A stretch of DNA of 64,000 nt from positions 6,639 through 70,638 of the forward strand of contig CALREW010000002.1 in assembly GCA_943356415.1 (NCBI GenBank), in the 5' to 3' direction. Of the stretch, positions 8,889 through 18,382 are shown piece after piece; positions within the stretch are counted from its first letter, which is position 1; each line of letters opens with the position of its first letter. The notes under the pieces are model-generated. The model had not been told where the DNA came from. It was given only the letters and a program-made list of their open reading frames with translations, and ran no database searches. The position numbers and the translations under genes are program-made. The DNA comes from Candidatus Nomurabacteria bacterium. GTDB lineage: Bacteria; Patescibacteriota; Minisyncoccia; Phycocordibacterales; SBAW01.

Positions 8889-9254
8889 TTAGAATACGCG
8901 CTTCAGCCATCCTATAAATCCTTTCTCAGGCGTCGCTGGCGGCGCTTGAGGGACCTCTGCAACAACTTCAATGACCCCTTCCCCATCTTTTGCGACTCCG
9001 TAACGTCTGCGCAACTCCTCTTCAAGACCTCTATCCGAGGAGAGGGTGTCTATTCGGGCTTGGAGTGTCGCTTTACGCTCTTTAAGCGACTGCGCTTCTG
9101 CTACGGTCGATCGACGCGCCTCGGAAGCCGTGCTGTACCGGTCATACATGCGCAGGGCGCCTCTCAAAAATAGAAACGTTGCTCCGGCGAGAAAAAGCAC
9201 CGCGAGCGAGCGTTGCCCGTAGATTTTAAAGCGTCTGACATCTTTGGAGCGCAT
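8889..9254 (-). CDS. septum formation initiator family protein (FtsB/DivIC-like)
   Basis: N-terminal TM helix, coiled-coil, and a C-terminal FtsB-type motif EEELRRRYGVAKDGEGVIEVV. The tracked ORF extends to 9362, but the internal ATG at about 9254 (MRSKDVRRFKIY...) fits the family better. Confidence 0.6.
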   Translation of the reverse strand: MRSKDVRRFKIYGQRSLAVLFLAGATFLFLRGALRMYDRYSTASEARRSTVAEAQSLKERKATLQARIDTLSSDRGLEEELRRRYGVAKDGEGVIEVVAEVPQAPPATPEKGFIGWLKRVF

Positions 9255-9392
9255 ACGTGCTAGTATAGCAATCAAAGAAACGGCAATGCTCTGGGGAGGA
9301 AAAACACAAAAAACGATTAAAGTAATCTTTGGGATCGTAAGCGCTTTGGTGGCGCTCAGCATGGTTGCATCACTCTTCGCCTACGCACTTTT

Positions 9393-9466
9393 GTAGCCGC
9401 TAGCCACTCGGGTGTAGCCAATAGGAACTCGGGCTCCCTAAACCCTATTGGCTAATGGCTACAGCC
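9393..9466. repeat. intergenic palindromic repeat element, copy A (TAGCCACT / CCAATAGG cores)
   Basis: GCTAGCCACTCGGGTGTAGCCAATAGG...CCCTATTGGCTAATGGCTACAGCC. The arms are inverted repeats of each other and match the elements at 32137, 37251, 52290 and 50337. Confidence 0.55.
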
Positions 9467-9471
9467 TCTTC

Positions 9472-11265
9472 TCACTCTCCGTTCTTTACCATCTTGAGGA
9501 ATACCTCGTGCGGGATGTTGACGCGCCCACGTTCAAGCATCTTTTTCTTTCCTTTTTTCTGCTTCTCACGCAACTTCATCTTTCGAGTAATGTCACCTCC
9601 GTACATATGCTGTGTGACATCTTTTTTCATAGCAGAAAGGGTTCGCGATGCAAGAATGCGCCCGAGTGCGTAACCTTGAATTTTGGTCGTAAACATTTGA
9701 CGCGGCAACACGGTGTAGAGTTTTTCAACCGCTATTTCAGCTTCTTCATACGCGCGGCGCGCTGATACGACACGAGTAAACGCTGGCACCAATTCGTCTG
9801 CAACTAAAATATCAAGGCGAGTGACATCGGCCTCGCGCAACTCTCCCACCTCATAAGAAACCGATGCATACCCGGAAGAGACCGTTTTTACCTTGTCGAA
9901 AAAGCCGCGCATCAATTCTCGGAGCGGCATAATCGCCTTAATGAGCACGCGGCCTTCAGAAAACGTCTCCGTTGCACTCACTTCGGCCTCATGATCGAAA
10001 AGCAGGGCCATGAGCGCTCCGAGATATTCAGGTGGCGTCATCAGTTCGATACTCACCAATGGTTCCCATACTTTTACGATGTCACCGTGGTCTGGAAAGA
10101 GTGCTGGTGAATAGATTATTTTCTTTTCTCCATTTTTAAGCTCAACGTGATACGTAATCGTTGGCGTTGTTACCACAAGTTCAAGATTGAATTCGCGACG
10201 CAACCGTTCGCTGATTATTTCCAAGTGGAGCATCCCTAAAAAACCACATCGGAAACCACGACCAAGCGTACCTGACGCTTCTTCTTCAAACGAAAGCGAC
10301 GAGTCGCTGAGTCTCAATCTGGTGAGTGCCTGGCGCAGGGGCACTAAGTCATCCTGACTCTCAGGATAAAACGAAGCCCATACCACTGGTCGTGGCAATG
10401 AAAATCCCTCAAGCACCGGGCTGCGTCCAAGGCGGGTTTTGACGGTGTCTCCCACGGAGGCAACTCCCGGCTGTTTGATGCCCGTTACGATGTAGCCTAT
10501 TTCCCCAGGTCCGAGTCGCTCTATCGCCACAGGTGCAGGCTCGAAAGTACCTACCTCAATGGCGGTAAACGTCTCTTTGGTAGCTCCAAAAACTAATTGG
10601 TCGCCCTTAGTGACCGAACTATCAAAAACGCGGGTGTATACGATAACGCCGCGATGGTCCGAGTATTGGAAGTCAAACACCAACCCACGAAATTCGTCCT
10701 GTACGGGAAGCAATGTTTTAGGAGGAGGAATGCGGGAAATAATTTCGGAAAGTAGTGCCTCAACTCCCTCCCCCGTGCGTCCTGATACGGAAATAATTTC
10801 TGCTTCTTCAATACCAAGAAGCATCGCGACTTCGGTACGCACTTCGGCTACACGCGCAAGCGGTGAGTCGATCTTGCTTATAGCAGGGATGATGGTTAGA
10901 CCCAGATCCTGCGCCATACGCAGCGTCGTGAACGTCTGCGCCTGCACACCCTGCGTTGAATCAACCAAAAGCACTGCCCCTTCAACAGCAGTCAACGCGC
11001 GGCTCACTTCGTATGAGAAGTCGATATGCCCCGGCGTATCGATAAGATGCAGGAGATATTCCGTCCCTGCTAAGGCATATTTCATACGCACCGGTTGCAT
11101 CTTGATGGTGATGCCGCGCTCGCGTTCCAATTCCATAGAGTCGAGAACTTGGTCGCGCATTTTGCGCTTCTCTATCGTGGCGGTCACCTCAAGCATGCGA
11201 TCGGCAAGTGTAGACTTGCCATGGTCAATATGCGCAATGATAGAGAAATTTCTAATGTTGTTCAT
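9472..11265 (-). CDS. lepA: elongation factor 4 (LepA)
   Basis: MNNIRNFSIIAHIDHGKSTLADR, DTPGHIDF, a complete GTPase domain, and the LepA C-terminal domain with a KKGKKKML tail. Confidence 0.95.
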   Translation of the reverse strand: MNNIRNFSIIAHIDHGKSTLADRMLEVTATIEKRKMRDQVLDSMELERERGITIKMQPVRMKYALAGTEYLLHLIDTPGHIDFSYEVSRALTAVEGAVLLVDSTQGVQAQTFTTLRMAQDLGLTIIPAISKIDSPLARVAEVRTEVAMLLGIEEAEIISVSGRTGEGVEALLSEIISRIPPPKTLLPVQDEFRGLVFDFQYSDHRGVIVYTRVFDSSVTKGDQLVFGATKETFTAIEVGTFEPAPVAIERLGPGEIGYIVTGIKQPGVASVGDTVKTRLGRSPVLEGFSLPRPVVWASFYPESQDDLVPLRQALTRLRLSDSSLSFEEEASGTLGRGFRCGFLGMLHLEIISERLRREFNLELVVTTPTITYHVELKNGEKKIIYSPALFPDHGDIVKVWEPLVSIELMTPPEYLGALMALLFDHEAEVSATETFSEGRVLIKAIMPLRELMRGFFDKVKTVSSGYASVSYEVGELREADVTRLDILVADELVPAFTRVVSARRAYEEAEIAVEKLYTVLPRQMFTTKIQGYALGRILASRTLSAMKKDVTQHMYGGDITRKMKLREKQKKGKKKMLERGRVNIPHEVFLKMVKNGE

Positions 11266-11321
11266 GGGTAGTTTAAAACGGTGTGGAAACCGACAACCGA
11301 AAGAGTGAACCGGGAAGCACG

Positions 11322-13004
11322 CTACGGAAGTGTGGTCTGGGACGAGAGTTCGGAGGGTTCAACGGCGACTTGTGGCTTATCACGGAAGCGGCGCGCGAGC
11401 GCATCAAGTGTCTCACGCAATTCAGGGCTCGCAAGGGCGTAGAGAACGCCCACGGTGACCAGGAGTCCTGCCAAACCGCCAAGAAGTCCTTGCGCAAATA
11501 TACCGGCGAAGGTGTCGATGTCAACGACCGCACCCATTGCGGCAAGGACCAAATAGGCCGCAAAGCCACCAATAATGGACGAAGCTGCTCCTCGCCAAAA
11601 GGTAAGCCAAAGCGGACTAAGGGCGATCGAAAAATCTCTTTTGAAAAACCAGAGGGTTGCAAACGCGTTACTAAGTGCCCCAACAACATATCCGAGAACA
11701 AGCATAAGTATCGGGGTACTCTCGACGGAAGACACACGCAACAGGGACTCGACAAAGTATCGAAACGGCGCAACGTGCAAGAAGAGCTGAAGGAAACCGA
11801 CCGCAGAGAGTATGGATACGGCAACGGACAGGAGTGCAATGAGCAGCGGTCGGGCCGTTTCGCCCGCCGCATAATAGCCGCGCGCTAATAAGTACGTGAC
11901 GCTCTGCGCACACAGCGACAGGACAAACACGGCGAGAGCTGCGGCAGTAAGGCGCGTTGCATCCCAATCAAACTGACCGGCGCCAAGGACCACACGCACC
12001 AATTGTGCACGCAACACAATGATAAGGACCGTGGCAGGTACCGACCAAAAAAGAATATGCCTCAGCGCGACCGTTATCTGCAACAAAAAGTTTTCGCGCT
12101 TCCCTTCTCCGATGAGGCGTGCCAGTGTCGGAAAAGCAGCGACCGAATAGCTCATGCCGATAATAGCCAGCGGAACCGAGCCAAGATTCATTGAAAACGA
12201 GAGCGCTGAAATGGAGCCCGGAGCGAGAGTCGAAGCGAGTGCCACGAGCGCAAGCAATGTGAGTTGCCCCGCACCAAGCGCAGCCGTCCGAGGTAGCGAG
12301 AGCGTCAATATTTCTCTGAGTGGTGGTCTAACCGAGGGGCTACTCTCTTGTCGTGAACGTTCGGAGAGGAAATGCGGCACTTGTATAAGTGCGTGGAGGG
12401 ATGCGCCGACAACAACACCCCAGGCAATACCTGCCAGCCCAAAAAGTGGGTACAACAGGACAATGCCGCCAATAATGCCGAAGTTGTAGAGAAGCGGACT
12501 CACCGCATAGAGCGCGAAACGTGAACGAAACTGCGTGAGAGAAGCAAGCACATTCGACGCACCAAGCAGTATCGGCTGCAAAAGAAGTATGCGTGTCAAT
12601 GCAATAAGCTCTACTCGCGCAGCGCCCGTGAATCCAGGGGCAAGCTGCAACGTAAGTGCGGGTGTCGCGACGTACGCTACGGCTGCTGCGGCAGATGTAA
12701 ACGCAAAAAACCACAGAAGTACCCCTTCCACCGCTCGTGCTTCCTTACCAGCTGCACGCGCAAGTGCAGGCAATATTGCGTACAAAGAAAACAGTGACGC
12801 TATCGTCGTAAACAGAAAATCTGGTATGCGAAACGCAGCGTAATACACATCGAGGGTTCCACTTATACCGAAGGTAGATGCAAGGAGTCGATCGCGGACA
12901 AGTCCAAGAATCTGAGAAAGCAGTGCGAACGAAGCCAAAAGATACGCGGCCTCATGCATGCCGCGTATCTCTTTTGTGAAGACTGCAAGAATGCCCCGTA
13001 CCAT
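11322..13004 (-). CDS. murJ: lipid II flippase MurJ (MviN)
   Basis: About 14 TM helices and the MurJ N-terminal motif LLSQILGLVRDRLLASTFG...YYAAFRIPD. The start may be the internal Met at about 12959. Confidence 0.85.
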   Translation of the reverse strand: MVRGILAVFTKEIRGMHEAAYLLASFALLSQILGLVRDRLLASTFGISGTLDVYYAAFRIPDFLFTTIASLFSLYAILPALARAAGKEARAVEGVLLWFFAFTSAAAAVAYVATPALTLQLAPGFTGAARVELIALTRILLLQPILLGASNVLASLTQFRSRFALYAVSPLLYNFGIIGGIVLLYPLFGLAGIAWGVVVGASLHALIQVPHFLSERSRQESSPSVRPPLREILTLSLPRTAALGAGQLTLLALVALASTLAPGSISALSFSMNLGSVPLAIIGMSYSVAAFPTLARLIGEGKRENFLLQITVALRHILFWSVPATVLIIVLRAQLVRVVLGAGQFDWDATRLTAAALAVFVLSLCAQSVTYLLARGYYAAGETARPLLIALLSVAVSILSAVGFLQLFLHVAPFRYFVESLLRVSSVESTPILMLVLGYVVGALSNAFATLWFFKRDFSIALSPLWLTFWRGAASSIIGGFAAYLVLAAMGAVVDIDTFAGIFAQGLLGGLAGLLVTVGVLYALASPELRETLDALARRFRDKPQVAVEPSELSSQTTLP

Positions 13005-13006
13005 CC

Positions 13007-15358
13007 TTACTTCTCTTTGATCGGAGGAGTCGCCGGTTGTGCTGGATTCTTTACCGGAGGTTTTGCGCCAGCAAATGGAGCTGCTCCTTTGCGCATGTTC
13101 GCAAGAATGAGTGCTACTTCGGCATTCTCCGGGTTAGTTGTGGCAAGATCATTCATCAATGATATAGCTTCAGGCGCTTTCCCAAGCTGATAGTACGTAA
13201 GAGAGAGGAAGTACTTTGCGTTCGCATAATCAGGCATCAGTTTGAGTGCGCGCTCAAATGCGAGCGCTGCGTCGCTTGGCTTATTTGCATTGAGTGCAAG
13301 GAGTCCCAACTGAAGCCAGAGACCTGCGTTATCAGGAGCAGTCTGCACGGCAACCATGGACGCTTGCAGTGCGCCTGGGAGATTGTTCTTGGCAATCTCA
13401 AGTTGAACAATGAGAAGTACCGCGTCGGTATAGTTTGGCTTTAGGGTGAGTGCCTGATTGACCGCATCGCGCAGCGTCTGTTCCGAACCTGCAGCACCTT
13501 CCATGCGTGCGGCCGCGAGGTAGATTCCCGGATTGCGAGGATTGCGACGTATCGCTTCAACATACGTTTGCTGAGCACTCTGGTAGGCACCTTGCACCTT
13601 TGCAGGGATGAGTGCCTCGTAAATGCGAGCGAGAGAAAGCCAATTTCCATATTCGCGAGGACTTGCCGCAACCGCAGCGCGTGCGTACGCGATAGCATCT
13701 GAAACGGCAGTTTGGAACGCTTTTCCTCGCTCCTGCTCAGTCCCTGTCGTTGAAGAAACTACTGCCTGGGCACGAGCAACTTTTATATTTGCGAGCAAAC
13801 GGTTGGCATCGTCACTGTTGCGTATCGCAAGCGAACGTTTTGCATACCTCTCTGCGCCATCAAGATTGTTTGACCCGGCGGCAACAAGCGCGTGGCCGAG
13901 GTACATGCTTGCGCTAAAGCGCTGCAACGATATGCCCGCAAGCCCCACGGGCACAACGACAACAAGAAGAAACGCTCCAAATGTTGCGTACCGCGAAAGA
14001 GAGTGCGGTGTGGCAGGCGTCGCAAAACTTACTGATGCATGGCTAGCCCCATGAAGTGCTACATATGCCCCGAGGAGTGCGAACGCGAAAATAAACGGCC
14101 ACTGCCCAACCGCATAGACGAAGCAGAGACCGAAGAGTGCGAGGGTGCTTAAACCTATGACGGTAAGTCCCGTTCGAGTGTTGCTATTAAACGCGGTAGA
14201 GCGAACCAACTTTACAAGACTCACAATGAGGAGGAGTGGTATGAGGAGTAGAAGCAATCCACCGACGACGCCCAGGTTTACAAACATACTCGGTATGGAA
14301 CCAAAGCCCGCCGGGAAATCAGCATTCCAGAACGCTGAGAGATTGACCTCAGATGGTTTATTGAGGAGCCATTGTTCACCGAAGGTATTTGGCCCGCTAC
14401 CAAAGAGTGTCGTGAGTGTTGACTGAGAATACGTTGCGCGCATGACTGCAACAGTTGCAGAAGCCGATGGTCGAACATCAAGTTCCTGGATTGAAAGTGC
14501 GGTTGCCAATTTTGGCGCGATAACGCTTCCCCACATCAAGAAGACACCAGCGAGAACCGCCACAATGACCGAAGCGACTGGAATACGTTGCATCAATGAC
14601 TTGCCGGAGCGAAGCGCTGTGAAGTACGAAACCACACCTGCTACAACTGCGGTTACGAGCGCCACCCACCACGCACCATCAAAGTTAATGATGGCCATAA
14701 AGACAGCTCCTAGTACGAACGCACCAGCAGGCAGAAGGAGTCCATTCCCACGTACACGACGTATGTCAATCACCAACATCGACGCGAGAGCGATGAACGT
14801 CATGAAAATCGCCAAATCATTCCACTTGCCGACGAGATTACTCGAAACGGTAGTAAACACGGACGATCCCAAGAGACCTGGGCCAAACAAGAGCTGTGCT
14901 ACTTGGAAAAGACCGACGACAACGCCCGCCACAAGTACGGCGCGCCATAGATTCGTAATTGCCGTCTCACCGCGGATCAAGAAACTTGATACAAAAAACA
15001 CGGCCACAAGGCTGCAAGTGAAAAAAAGTGTGTCCACTTCAACACCTTCAGCAAGCACCGAAGCCGCGGGATTCTGAGAAAGAAGCGTCGAAACAACCAC
15101 CGCAGCGAGATATGCCACGATAGCAGCGCTTATGAGTGAGCGCGGCATCGCAAGCGAACGATCACGCCACGCGACAACGCTAAAGAGTACTGCTGCTATT
15201 GCTAGAAGTATGGCGAAAAGTGCAAATTTTGTCAGTTGGAATGGGAACCAGGCTACTGGAACTATAAAAACCGGCATAAGCACAAGGCCCAATATAAGAG
15301 CCCACGAGGCATACGTGCGCAAAGTACTTCCAGAACTAAGTGCGAGATTTTCAGGCAT
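13007..15358 (-). CDS. O-antigen ligase (Wzy_C)-like polytopic membrane protein with C-terminal TPR repeats
   Basis: 783 aa with about 12 TM helices, then a C-terminal region of tetratricopeptide-like repeats (AYQSAQQTYVEAIRRNPRNP..., KPSDAALAFERALKLMPDYANAKYFL). Confidence 0.75.
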   Translation of the reverse strand: MPENLALSSGSTLRTYASWALILGLVLMPVFIVPVAWFPFQLTKFALFAILLAIAAVLFSVVAWRDRSLAMPRSLISAAIVAYLAAVVVSTLLSQNPAASVLAEGVEVDTLFFTCSLVAVFFVSSFLIRGETAITNLWRAVLVAGVVVGLFQVAQLLFGPGLLGSSVFTTVSSNLVGKWNDLAIFMTFIALASMLVIDIRRVRGNGLLLPAGAFVLGAVFMAIINFDGAWWVALVTAVVAGVVSYFTALRSGKSLMQRIPVASVIVAVLAGVFLMWGSVIAPKLATALSIQELDVRPSASATVAVMRATYSQSTLTTLFGSGPNTFGEQWLLNKPSEVNLSAFWNADFPAGFGSIPSMFVNLGVVGGLLLLLIPLLLIVSLVKLVRSTAFNSNTRTGLTVIGLSTLALFGLCFVYAVGQWPFIFAFALLGAYVALHGASHASVSFATPATPHSLSRYATFGAFLLVVVVPVGLAGISLQRFSASMYLGHALVAAGSNNLDGAERYAKRSLAIRNSDDANRLLANIKVARAQAVVSSTTGTEQERGKAFQTAVSDAIAYARAAVAASPREYGNWLSLARIYEALIPAKVQGAYQSAQQTYVEAIRRNPRNPGIYLAAARMEGAAGSEQTLRDAVNQALTLKPNYTDAVLLIVQLEIAKNNLPGALQASMVAVQTAPDNAGLWLQLGLLALNANKPSDAALAFERALKLMPDYANAKYFLSLTYYQLGKAPEAISLMNDLATTNPENAEVALILANMRKGAAPFAGAKPPVKNPAQPATPPIKEK

Positions 15359-15458
15359 ACCCGTAAGTTATGATTATGCAAACCAGTATACCCCACATAC
15401 CGCGGTGTTTTGCGAGACTTCATACTGTGAAAAACGTTGCCACGTCTGGCTTAAACAG

Positions 15459-15497
15459 AGAACATCTCGCGATAAGCGAGATGTTCTCATGTTTTTT
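15459..15497. terminator. hairpin with flanking A/T runs immediately 3' of rnpB
   Basis: GAGAACATCTCGCGATAAGCGAGATGTTCTC followed by TGTTTTTTGG on the plus strand. In minus orientation it directly follows the RNase P RNA 3' end. Confidence 0.5.
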
Positions 15498-15850
15498 GGC
15501 GCACCTATAAGCCGAATTCTGTACTCTTGCGAGTGACAACTATCTATCTAGGACCGACATCGCTATCGGTCTCAAGCGGCTCTTCTCCTGTCAATTTCTC
15601 GACAAAAGACACGGCCTTGCACTTAAGGATAAGGATTTTGCCGTTTCATTCTCGTCTTGCGACGAGACACATCCCCGAAGGGAGCCTCCGGCTTTCGCCT
15701 CGGGCGTTTCTGCTCGCACCTCTCGGGTTACCCCGGACAGGCGTTACCTGCTATCCTCTCAATTTCATCCACCGAAGGTGGCAAAATTGGAACGTGTTCG
15801 GACTTTCCTCACAAGAACCTAAGCCCTTGCGCAGTTGTCCAGTGCGCCGC
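15498..15850 (-). ncRNA. rnpB: RNase P RNA, bacterial type A
   Basis: Minus-strand sequence contains the universally conserved P4 strands GAGGAAAGTCCG... and ...ACAGAATTCGGCTTAT, the J11/12 motif GGTAACGCCTG, GTGCGAGCAGAAACGCCC, GCTTGAGACC and CCTAGATAGATAG. A P1 helix can form between GGCGCACT and AGGTGCGCC. No protein-coding signal; the overlapping tracked ORFs are spurious. Confidence 0.8.
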
Positions 15851-16007
15851 GGCAAACTATACCACACTTCCCGTCTTGACCCAACTTCCTTTACACTTCC
15901 ATCACACTAAAGTCGATGAAGTGCGCGGCGCGAGTGAAGCCCGAAGCGAGCCGTATCTCGCATACGGTGAGTGAGGACTGGAGCGAGTAACAAAGCAATT
16001 CGCGACT

Positions 16008-16511
16008 TTAATGCGATGGAGGGAACTTTTGGGGGATGTCAGTCATCTCTCCCACCCCCAAATTCCTAGCATCCGCATACCCTGCATTCACTTCAAGAAC
16101 GTACCGTGCCGTTTGCGCTGGTTTAAACGTCTGTGGATACGTATCGGGGGTAACGCCCGGCGCAATACTTACGATGGCGCCTTCTGAGTTTATCCATATG
16201 ATATCGATCGCAAAACGCATATCTTTCATCCATATCGCCGGATAGCCGTCTTCAGGAAAGATGAAGAGCATCCCGGTATTTTCTGGCAACGGATCGCTTC
16301 CAGAGAGGCCTCGTATGAGTTCGGCGTCAGTATCGGCAACTTCAACAGAGACCGCCAAGTCACGGCGCAAATGAATAGTGGTATTTGCGTCAGTTTTCAC
16401 ATTAGTAATATCGGCCGGGACGCTGCGGTCACGGAACACGAGGCCGACAAAAATGCCGAGCGAAATAAGTGCGATGGCTGCAACGATGACGGCATTACGC
16501 ATATGCAACAA
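16008..16511 (-). CDS. DUF192 domain-containing protein
   Basis: N-terminal TM anchor and the conserved DUF192 core GMLFIFPEDGYPAIWMKDMRFAIDIIWIN.EGAIVSI. Confidence 0.6.
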   Translation of the reverse strand: MLHMRNAVIVAAIALISLGIFVGLVFRDRSVPADITNVKTDANTTIHLRRDLAVSVEVADTDAELIRGLSGSDPLPENTGMLFIFPEDGYPAIWMKDMRFAIDIIWINSEGAIVSIAPGVTPDTYPQTFKPAQTARYVLEVNAGYADARNLGVGEMTDIPQKFPPSH

Positions 16512-16538
16512 ACAGTATAGCGCTTCTCTGCCATTGAA

Positions 16539-16913
16539 TCATCCCGTATACCCGTGAAATACCGCTTCAATATTGTTGCCATCAAGATCAAGAACGAAGG
16601 CCCCGTAGTAGTGCGGGTGGTAATGTTGGCGAGGTCCTGGTGCACCGTTATCGCGTCCACCCGCCCCAATCGCTGCTGCATAAAAGGTGTTGACCGCCTC
16701 AGCCGAAGGGGCAGTAATTGCCACATGCGCCTCAGCCGTTACCGGTTGACCATCTGCCACGGCAATCCAAAAAAACGGTTTATCGTCACCAAAACCGTGA
16801 TACACACCTTCTTCACCCATAAGTGGCATGAGTCCAAGCGGCGCGAGAGCATCTTCGTAAAAAGCTTTTGACTTGGCGTAGTCGCTCACTCGTATCGTTA
16901 CATGATCAATCAT
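16539..16913 (-). CDS. VOC family (glyoxalase/bleomycin-resistance fold) protein
   Basis: MIDHVTIRVSDYAKSKAFYEDALAPLG... and AFVLDLDGNNIEAV. Confidence 0.7.
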   Translation of the reverse strand: MIDHVTIRVSDYAKSKAFYEDALAPLGLMPLMGEEGVYHGFGDDKPFFWIAVADGQPVTAEAHVAITAPSAEAVNTFYAAAIGAGGRDNGAPGPRQHYHPHYYGAFVLDLDGNNIEAVFHGYTG

Positions 16914-16917
16914 AGTT

Positions 16918-17391
16918 TTATTCTGATTTTCGTTTAGTTACTTCATCAATCGCTGCGAGCGCATAAAAACGCACCGACGGCCACAGCGTGGTATTTGCTT
17001 CAATCTCTTCTTTACTCCACCATCGCCAACCATCTTCAGCGTGTTCAGGCACAACGATATCACTCTCACTTGTCGCAATGTACACAAAATCAGAGTGGCG
17101 ATGACCGGGAGCTGCTTCGTGGATATTAAAGTAAAACGGCTCTATTAACTCCTTGAGTCCTTTTTCACCAAAACTCTGAGGTCTCTCGCGTGGCGGTATA
17201 AGTGTCACCGAAAGCCCGCATTCCTCTTTTACTTCGCGAATTGCAGCTTCGTTTGGGTCTTCCGTAAGTTCGATATGGCCACCGGGAGGCAACAACATGC
17301 CGTACTTTTTGTGGGTGTGCAAAAGCACCCGGCCGTTCACGACAATAAAAACACTGACCGTAAAATCAATATCTTTGTGCAGATGTGCCAC
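16918..17391 (-). CDS. NUDIX hydrolase
   Basis: Nudix box GGHIELTEDPNEAAIREVKEECGL. Confidence 0.8.
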   Translation of the reverse strand: MAHLHKDIDFTVSVFIVVNGRVLLHTHKKYGMLLPPGGHIELTEDPNEAAIREVKEECGLSVTLIPPRERPQSFGEKGLKELIEPFYFNIHEAAPGHRHSDFVYIATSESDIVVPEHAEDGWRWWSKEEIEANTTLWPSVRFYALAAIDEVTKRKSE

Positions 17392-17407
17392 GCTATGAGC
17401 CTAGCAC

Positions 17408-18262
17408 TCACTTCGCAAATACGTCCACAAGCTCATCGGAGCGCCAAAACGAGCCGCCGAGATCGCCGTATGAGTATCCCTTGCCTCCAATAGAGATAGC
17501 TGCACCTCCTGCCGAAGGAAAAGCATTCGGTTTTGATGCACCAAAACCCAGATTAAAGAGCGTCGCAATGACATCTGGGTTGTTTGATATGTCGTATCCC
17601 GCCTTCTTCCATTGCTCTTCTATCTCTCGAACATAAACCGCCGTATAGAGATAGGAGTAATAGTGGTCTTTAGGATCAGTTAGCCGGTTGTAAAGCGCTT
17701 CATCTCTGCCTTCGAGATTTTCGTAGGTGAGCAATTTCCCATATTTCTCCCCAGGATAGAACGGTGAATTCACATCGACAGCATGTCGCTCAATCGCTTG
17801 CGCCGTTTCTTGCTTTATGCCGGATACGCCAAGGGAGAATTGCGAAAGCGATGCCAATATTTTTAACGGCTCGAAATAGCGCTTATAAACTTCACGCTCC
17901 GAAGTAAAAAACCGCAACTGCTCCGGCACCACTATTGCCGCGAGCAGACGAGCGCTCACTCCCGTTTCCGCTGAGACGCGCGCAATGACCTCTTTATCTT
18001 TTCGTAAGCCCCCAGCAACTACCCCCCATTCAGGAGTCTCGTTCCATGAACATACTGAGCGTTCATCAGTACACGCCGCATGCGGAATATCCTTTGACTC
18101 ACTCGCCGTTCCACCTAAGAAAAAACGATTTCGCTCATCGATAGATCCACGCACATTAAAAAGACCGAATCGCATGCCAACAAAGACCGCACTAAACACA
18201 ACGCCGACAAGAGCGAAGATGATGATAAGCGCTATAGCCGTCTGCTTTAGAAAGGTTTTCAT
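17408..18262 (-). CDS. hypothetical membrane-anchored secreted protein
   Basis: The tracked ORF runs to 18499, but the likely start is the internal MKTFLKQTAIALIIIFALV signal anchor. No family recognised. It is divergent from the 18383 gene. Confidence 0.4.
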   Translation of the reverse strand: MKTFLKQTAIALIIIFALVGVVFSAVFVGMRFGLFNVRGSIDERNRFFLGGTASESKDIPHAACTDERSVCSWNETPEWGVVAGGLRKDKEVIARVSAETGVSARLLAAIVVPEQLRFFTSEREVYKRYFEPLKILASLSQFSLGVSGIKQETAQAIERHAVDVNSPFYPGEKYGKLLTYENLEGRDEALYNRLTDPKDHYYSYLYTAVYVREIEEQWKKAGYDISNNPDVIATLFNLGFGASKPNAFPSAGGAAISIGGKGYSYGDLGGSFWRSDELVDVFAK

Positions 18263-18382
18263 AGTTGGTGGCACGAGGAAACTCCGAACAAAACAGAGGC
18301 CCTCAGTGGCACTACTATAGCCGCACTGAGGGCTATATTCCAGAGCATCCCCTCGCAATGGGAGATATGCTTCAATGACGGT

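Noticed and set aside
15132-15974. Three overlapping plus-strand ORFs (15132..15536, 15527..15910, 15657..15974)
   Set aside because: They lie exactly over the minus-strand RNase P RNA, have odd amino-acid composition, and no homologs are recognisable.
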